A stretch of 64,000 nt of DNA from Zygnema circumcarinatum SAG 698-1b (lineage: Eukaryota > Plantae > Zygnematophyceae), in contig CM074814.1 in the NCBI GenBank assembly GCA_037447605.1, forward strand, positions 1,612,001 through 1,676,000, written 5' to 3'. Made by a program: the position numbers and the translations under genes. The notes beneath the pieces were generated by a model. It did no database searches, was not told the DNA's origin, and saw only the letters and a program-made list of their open reading frames with translations. This document shows, piece by piece, positions 57,052 through 64,000 of this stretch (position 1 is its first letter; each line of letters starts with the position of its first letter).

Positions 57052-57224
57052 TTACATAATGAAGTTGTTGCCAGTCAAGCCTGAGGTGGGAGCAGTTGGG
57101 GCTCTTTGGCTTTGCACGTAGTTGAACTGCCCGCTGAGGTCGCTAGAGGACTGCTGCGGCTGCGCTTGCATGGGGGGGGTTTGGGGCCTCTGGGAAGCCT
57201 GCTGCGGAACACCCCCCCCTTGCT

Positions 57225-57258
<34 letters not shown>

Positions 57259-60200
57259 ACTGTTGGGGGCCAACACCACCATGTCCTGAGAAGGCACACA
57301 CAACAGAACCACCACAAATCACGACTTCTTCGCTGCACTGTACTGCACTGTGCCTTTGCAAATCTGCTGCTGAGGCTTGTTGAGGGCGAAACTTCAAATG
57401 AATTGTGGGGAGGAGCGCATCAGGGAGAAGAGGGGATAAGAGATGGAAGAAAGGACGTACCTTGGGAAACAGCATACCGATGAGGCGGCCAGGTCTGTCA
57501 GGGACGCTGGCAAGGAGGAGGGTTTGAGAAGGAAGCTTGATTACAGCACACTGCAGCCCAAGGTATGGCAGACGAGCTGTGAGATATGTGGAGCTTGGTT
57601 TCGAGATTTCATCTCAATGGGAATTTAGAGCCACAAAGTAATTGCTAGAACCATGTTGCAGCGGAGAAAGGAAGCTGAGGATGAAAGATCGTTAGAAGTG
57701 TGTAAGGTTTCGTTAGTTTCACCACATGCCCTCCAACTGCTGTAATGCCTTTAAGTTCAATTGAACCTCTCTGCTTGTTCAACTCCTCAAACATACCAAA
57801 GCAGCAGATAAAGAAGGAGAAACGAGTCCTGAATACGCACCAACTTTTTCTCGGCCATCTGCTTCAGAAAGTGGTGATCCGACAAAGGCCGAAAAACAAG
57901 CAGCTCTGCTTTCCCCTGATATTCTCTGTGGAGTCAACATGAAGCAATAACAAGCAATCATGAGGAACATCAATCGGAGAGCTGGGACAGGTGTGCCCCT
58001 TTTCTCGTGATTACTTTACAGCAATATGAGTTAGTCAGGTAAGCACTAATGAGCTCACGCTTAAAAGGGCACACACAAGTCAAATTCAAGGTTGGTAAGC
58101 CCACTCACACACAGATACTGACAAAAGTTATTGCCACTATGCACTGTTTAGGCAAATGAGACACTGCTTATTATACTTCCCTTCACACATGGAGCTGCGA
58201 TAGGGGCACATGGTAGCTAATCGTCTTGAATGCAACGTAAAAAACCATGGAAGTCCCATGCGTAACAAGTAGCAGAAGGTCTACCTGCTATTCATGTGAT
58301 CTTGAGCTATCAGTCGCACTATTTGCATGCTCGTCGGCCAATCAGAAGCCAAACTGCATTCCACATCACCCATGGCAGCGTCCTGTCAGAATTCAGTAAC
58401 CCACATAAAACTGAACAATTAACAAACTTAATTTGGGAAATCGATGTTGCCAAGCTCAGGGCCTATCTGCATCGCAGTAACATTTTTCACTGGACATGCA
58501 TGCAGGATCGCTGGAGAGGCTGACTATCACCGAGATTGAAAAAGCAAACAGAGTCTGCTCTAAACATAAACGCGGGTCTTGAGGAAGAGTGCTCACTCTT
58601 CAGGTGAGCTATTTTGCCGGTATCCCTGCAACAAAACCGCCGATCAAAATCAATGCATAAGCAATCAAATTAGCCCATGCAGACATCTCATTTGGTGAAC
58701 AAGCTGCCGCAGCAGAAGTCCACCTCATTGAATCATTTGCTTAATAATAACAGCTCATGTAGAACCTCAAAAAATGTGCCAAAGAGTAGGAAAGCTGCGA
58801 GCAGAAGTCTCCAGCTTTTGTACTCACTTCCAACCTGCAGATGAAGACGGGCTTCATTTGCCTCTGCCCAGCCAACACACCCTGTGGGAGGCACAATGCC
58901 ATGTCAGCATTAAGGAGAGCTATGAGCACAATGAAAGGGGACTGACTTTGAAGCGAAGAAAGCATCTACAGCTGCTACTTCACATGTCTTTTTCCTTCGG
59001 TCCTGCGGGCGAAGACTCGACCTGCTATGGGGTTTGACAAGGACAACTATGCAGGCAGGCTTAAGCTCTTTAAAATCCATATTAATTTTGGCAAGAAAGA
59101 AACCCTTTCTGTTTGAAAGAAACCCTAGTGTTTTACACAGTCTGGGCTCAACTCGACATCCAACTATTTATATCTGGTGATTAGGACGAGCCGAAAGATC
59201 CAATTAACAAACAGCCAATATGCAATACTCCAATCTGGCAATTTTGATCAGGCAAGGCCAAACCCCCGCTCAATTGTTTATTCTACAACAAAAAGGACAG
59301 GTGTTGTCGCATGCAAAACCTAATACGGAAACGAAAGTCACAATGCTTTCAGGACAGGAATCTCAGACTTCTCCCACTGAGATAACTTTCCTGCTGAACT
59401 CCGAATGGGCTGCCCCTCCCCTATCTCTCTCTCCCTCAAAAGCAGTGCGGCTCACCTCCCAAAGCTTGGTATAGCGCGGCTGCTGTTGCCCCGGATTTGG
59501 CTGAGAAGCCGGCTTTTGGCCCATACTGGTAGAGAGAGGGGCAGTGCTTGACATAGAAGCTACAGGGGGAGAAGCAGCTATATGCTCCTGCATGCTTTGA
59601 GTAGCTGCAGGAAAGCCGGGAGTGGGAATCATCCCCACTCCCGGAGTGGAGGAGAGAATTCCCCCTCCCTGAACAGCCATACTTACAGGACCCCCCATGC
59701 TCACGCTTCCCTGAGTAGGGAGGATATTCTGGCTAGCCATGGCTACTGAAGGAGTAGCTAAACTGCTAGTTGCTTGCACCATAGGTGGTTTTCCTATGAC
59801 CCCAATTCCCATGCCTTGCCCTGCAGGTACTTGGTTTATTCCCACAGCCCCATTCATCCCAAAGCTTCCGGATTGAGAGAGAGCAGTCTGACTATGCCCA
59901 CCTGCCTGCTGGGTGAAGGCGGAGCTTATCAACCCCATACCAGGTTGCAGCATGCTGCTGCTTGGCTGGGAACCCACTCCCACTCCGACTCCTACTCCTA
60001 CTCCCACTCCCACTCCCACTCCCACTCCCTGAGAGACAATGCCGGCCACTCCTGCAGCTGCCTGACTTGGAGGAAGAATACCAACAGCATTCACTCCCAC
60101 GGCTGAGCCCAATCCTCCTCCCACTGTTAAGCCTGCTGCTCCCCCCACCGCCATTCCTGGGGTAGAACCCACAGAAACGAGTCCCCCCATAGGCGGCATA

Positions 60201-63200
60201 GTGCTAAGGACGGCCATACCTCCTACACCTCCTACTCCTCCTCCCACAGCCGGCACACTCCCCAGCCGACCTGCCTGACTAAGTGCTGGAACAGCACCCA
60301 ACCCATTTCCAGAAGCAATACCTCCAATGCTCTGCTGACCCACACTTATTGATGGGACTCCCCCCATAGTCGCAAGTCCCCCTGCTGCAGAAACACCCAC
60401 AACTACCGCTGCCGGAGTAGTGAGAGTGGAAGCGTTGGGGGTAACGCGCATAGTGTCAAGTGTAGAGCCTACAGCTGCTGACATAGCATCTATCTGTGGG
60501 AGGGTGCCTCTCCCCACAGTTGCTAGAGATGAAGGAGGGGCCCCCTGAATGTTGTTTCTTATGGCTGAAGTCGCGGTAACGGCCTTTGTGGCCTGCGGAT
60601 TGACACCAATGGCAGGTACAGCACCCGGAGCTACGCCCATTTGGAGGGTTTCCTGGAAAGAGATAGGGAAACAACAATATACAAAGGTTGGACCATCAGA
60701 AGCTCGTGAACATTGAGCACTATTACAGTTGCTTTCAGTTCAGCTTTATCACAGTCCCATCTAAACACTTTCTGCAGGGTAGCAGTCCTTGCTTTCCACA
60801 AATCCCCAATGTGCGTAGACGAGTGGCATGGTATCAGCGTCAGTTCTTTTCTTAAGATGCTTGTAGTTCTCTCCGTCGGTTTTCATGTTTGGAAAATGAT
60901 GTACCTTCTTTAGACTTGGCACTCCAGGACGCACATCTGCATTTCCAAAAAACGAAATTGGATAAGGTACAAACTTACTGACTTTAAGTTTATTGTCCGA
61001 ATGACAAGGAACTTCACATCAGGCTGAAAAACGAGAGGGTGAACCTTACATTCTCTTTGCACATCCAATAGCAACCGTCCTTCAGGAACCTTTCTGATAT
61101 TGAACCACTTTTAAGAACAATCTTGTTTTTGAATTCTGGTTAATGTGTTATGAGTCAAATAAATTCAATCTGGCCATCAAAAGCCATCCTGCTGACCACT
61201 CATACCTTACATTCAAATCAACTCTACCGTGCGTATTAGCAGAACGCAAATGCAGTGGGAACGGGGTAAGAATAAAGACACCAACTGCAGCGACGGTCGG
61301 AGCTTTAGGGCATTTCACGTTTAGGGTTAGGGTTCAGATCAGGGCTAAGTACAGGAATAAAGTTGCATGTTGAGGTGGTTCTTGAGGTTAGGGCAAATAT
61401 TTGGACGAGGGATTAAAATGAGGGTTAGTGTTTGCGTTAGGGCTGACATTAGGGCTACGATCGAGACTTGGCTTCAAGTTTCAGGTTTGGGTGCTGTTCA
61501 ATTAGAGGTAAAGATCAAAATTAGGGTCGGGTCGGGTTTAAAGTCGAGATGGAACGTAGGTTAGGCTCAAAATAATAGCTAGGAGTAAGATCAAGAGTTA
61601 ACAACTTTAAATTTCGTATTAAAGATGAGCGAGAGGGAGAGAGTGAGGGAGAGGTTTGTGGAGCCCACTGGCAGAATTATGACATGGAAAGATTGGCGTA
61701 CTCACTGGGAAGGCCACCTCGAATGCCCGTTGCCTGTGCTCCTATAGGCATGCCCGATGCCGACAGTGCTATTGCTGAAGCTGAAGGCGGGCCTGCAGGA
61801 TTCTCCGCTTTCACACGAGCACCTTCTCTTGGCTGATGCAGGGCTGAGTAAGCAGCCATAAATCCCTCTGAAAGCAGCACCATGTGGTGGGGGGAAACCT
61901 TTGAGGCTTCGGGAGGAAGCTCTGCGCCTGCGCGAACATTCCGCTTCCCCTGCAACCCGGTCTCACTCTTCATTTCTCAATGCTTCTCCAACAAACTGCA
62001 GCTATTCTTCAGTGAGAGATTGCAAGCTTGTTCTAATTGCGTAGGAGATTAGTAAGGGATGTTTCAAGGCACAATTGCCGCTCACACTGCTGTAGACCGT
62101 CCTTAGAGCTTGCAACTGCCGAGGAGCAATGATTGATAGTGACACAGCACACTGCAGCCACAGGATGAACTCCCATCCATCGCAGACCTTATTAGACAGA
62201 AGTTCTCTCGCCTCATATATCTTGTTATCCCTTCTGCCAACTCTCACAAAGCCACTCGCCCGCTCCTTAGCTATGCTAGTGAGTGCATCTCTCTAAACAG
62301 TTTCGAAATCAGACAGCAACACTAGCTTGATGCTTTAACTTACTAAAAGTCTGAAAGAGAGACGCTACTAGCTACTGAGTCTTATTCATCGCCCCTGACA
62401 TGTGGACAAGGTGATCCAAGCATCTGGTAGATATAATTCACCCTCAACAGAATCTTTCCTCCCTTGATAAGTGAATTATAAAAAGAATTCCACGTTTTGC
62501 TCTACGAGTGTGCCGCATACCTGGGAGTACGCCTGTGCGACAAGTGCTGCATCAGCAAGCCAGTATCCTTGCTGCTCTGTTTCTCCCATGGGTGCAGCAG
62601 GTTGAGTGCTGATGGGTGGGCACGGCACAGGTTTAGGTATTCTTTGAGGGGGAGAGGCCGCCACAAGGACAACATGCTTCTGACGCTCAGAGACGTGCGG
62701 GAGAGGAGGGGTCACTGTGGGAGCAGGGCAGCACATCTGCACATCGAGCAGACCAGCAATCATTGTCGCTTGCTCGATATTCTAAAGGGAGAAGGACTGC
62801 TGGTCGGAGGGTCTGTTTGAGGCTTACGGGTACTACAGAACGCGCCTCTTATATTCTGCAGTAGTGAACAAAGTGACGAACTTGCTGGCAAAGAAGAATC
62901 GGAAAGTAGCTCACGAGCCTGACCTTGAGTATTGGACGTTATCAAAGACATGCAACAGCTATGGTGACAGATAAGAAGGCTTCTCTCAATAAGGAGATTG
63001 AAAGGAAGTATGATAGCATAACTTTCACGATTCTGTATCGTGTGGCATACAGGTGGTTCATAGCCTACAGCGTAGGTAGTTTAGTGCCAACGATCTGTAA
63101 TCTACAACAGATGTTGCTCATTCCGGAGCAGAAAGTCCAACAACAATGTACCCGAACATGAAGTATTGTAGCTTGTATTGGCGCAGCAATTATACCTTTA

Positions 63201-63548
63201 TAAAGGCAATTCAACGAAGTGTCCCAACACCCTCACTTGACAAGAAAAATGATTGGTACAACTGTGGAATGAAGACATAAGTAAGGAAAGATTCATGTGC
63301 AGCGAGCCATTCCTTTCTATATTCATTTTTTACAAGCTCCGATTCTTCCTTTCTCTGTCCTTTCTCTGGGGCCGCCATGACGAGAAGCATAAGGTGTACA
63401 GCATGGAAAAGATACGCACCATTAGAGCCTCTGCCAGAGCTTCCGCAATAGCAGTCTCTCCACAACCCCCTCCAGAAAACTCGATGTTGCTCAACCATTG
63501 CATGAAGAGATCTTTATCATTCGTCCATGAACTTTGCAGCAACGAACT
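57052..63548 (-). CDS. MED25: Mediator subunit 25 (PFT1); 5' end probably lies beyond the right edge
   Basis: vWA domain WTNDKDLFMQWLSNIEFSGGGCGETAIAEALAEALM, QKHVVLVAASPP, VSLSIIAPRQL; Gly/Val-rich middle; ACID domain YTKLWE-GVLAGQRQMKPVFICRLE; C-terminal DMVV + poly-Gln. Confidence 0.93.
61320..61570 (+). repeat. Decayed TTAGGG-type hexamer tract in a MED25 intron
   Basis: TTAGGGTTAGGG followed by scattered TTAGGG/TGAGGG/TCAGGG/TCGGGG-like units. Confidence 0.55.
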
Positions 63549-64000
63549 GTCTGTCCCCAATGCCGCGTAGAAGGGCGGTTCACTTCTGTTGTATCACTGA
63601 CCTAGACTACAATAACAGGCGCACTGCTGTATGCACAACTATGCAGTTTAGACGCACAGTCGGCTTGCGCTTCCACTGTTGCTGGCTTCAAGCCTGACTA
63701 TATACTGTTTTCTCCGATTCTCTGTGCCAAAAGGGCAGGACTCAAATTCTCCTCATTCGGATTTCTTTCAGGCTCATGTGCAGGTGTCGTTCAAAGGCGT
63801 TCAGCCACTTACCCGAATATGGGCCTGGGCTGTTGAAAACAATGAGAGCCATCTCCGCAGAAGATGTGATCAACTTCTGGAAAAGGAGGAGTGCAAAACA
63901 CATGCGGAGATAGCCTTACTCTTTGCACAAGATTTCTTCGGACAGTAGCCATAGCAATAGTTGAAAGTCAGACTGCTACATGTAAACAGGCACTTAATAA

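Overview
Eukaryotic green-lineage genomic DNA, most likely a streptophyte alga. This is an inference from intron-rich plant-type SIN3, MED25 and RabH genes, TTTAGGG telomere repeats, and a remnant of a PKD2-like channel, a family absent from land plants. The window has two parts. (1) Ordinary spliced housekeeping genes: PUX7 (partial), fumarylacetoacetase, an ARM+JmjC oxygenase, SIN3, organellar His-tRNA ligase, RabH1 and MED25 (partial). (2) A ~21-kb accessory island (about 3.2-24.5 kb) between PUX7 and FAH. The island contains: an MSA-motif tandem array; a palindromic 92-bp satellite in seven blocks; two nested non-autonomous hAT-type elements, each with TIRs and an exact 8-bp TSD, the inner one keeping a transposase C-terminal remnant; stray exons, including an ABCG7 relic whose introns are telomere-like repeats; a ~6.2-kb interstitial CCCTAAA/CCCTGCA array joined head-to-head with a TTTTAGGG block; and a ~4.2-kb cassette in which two unrelated orphan genes are read convergently out of ~400-bp inverted promoter/5'UTR arms, a MuDR/Pack-MULE-like layout. 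All calls were made by eye from the sequence. No database searches were run, and protein family assignments rest on remembered motifs.
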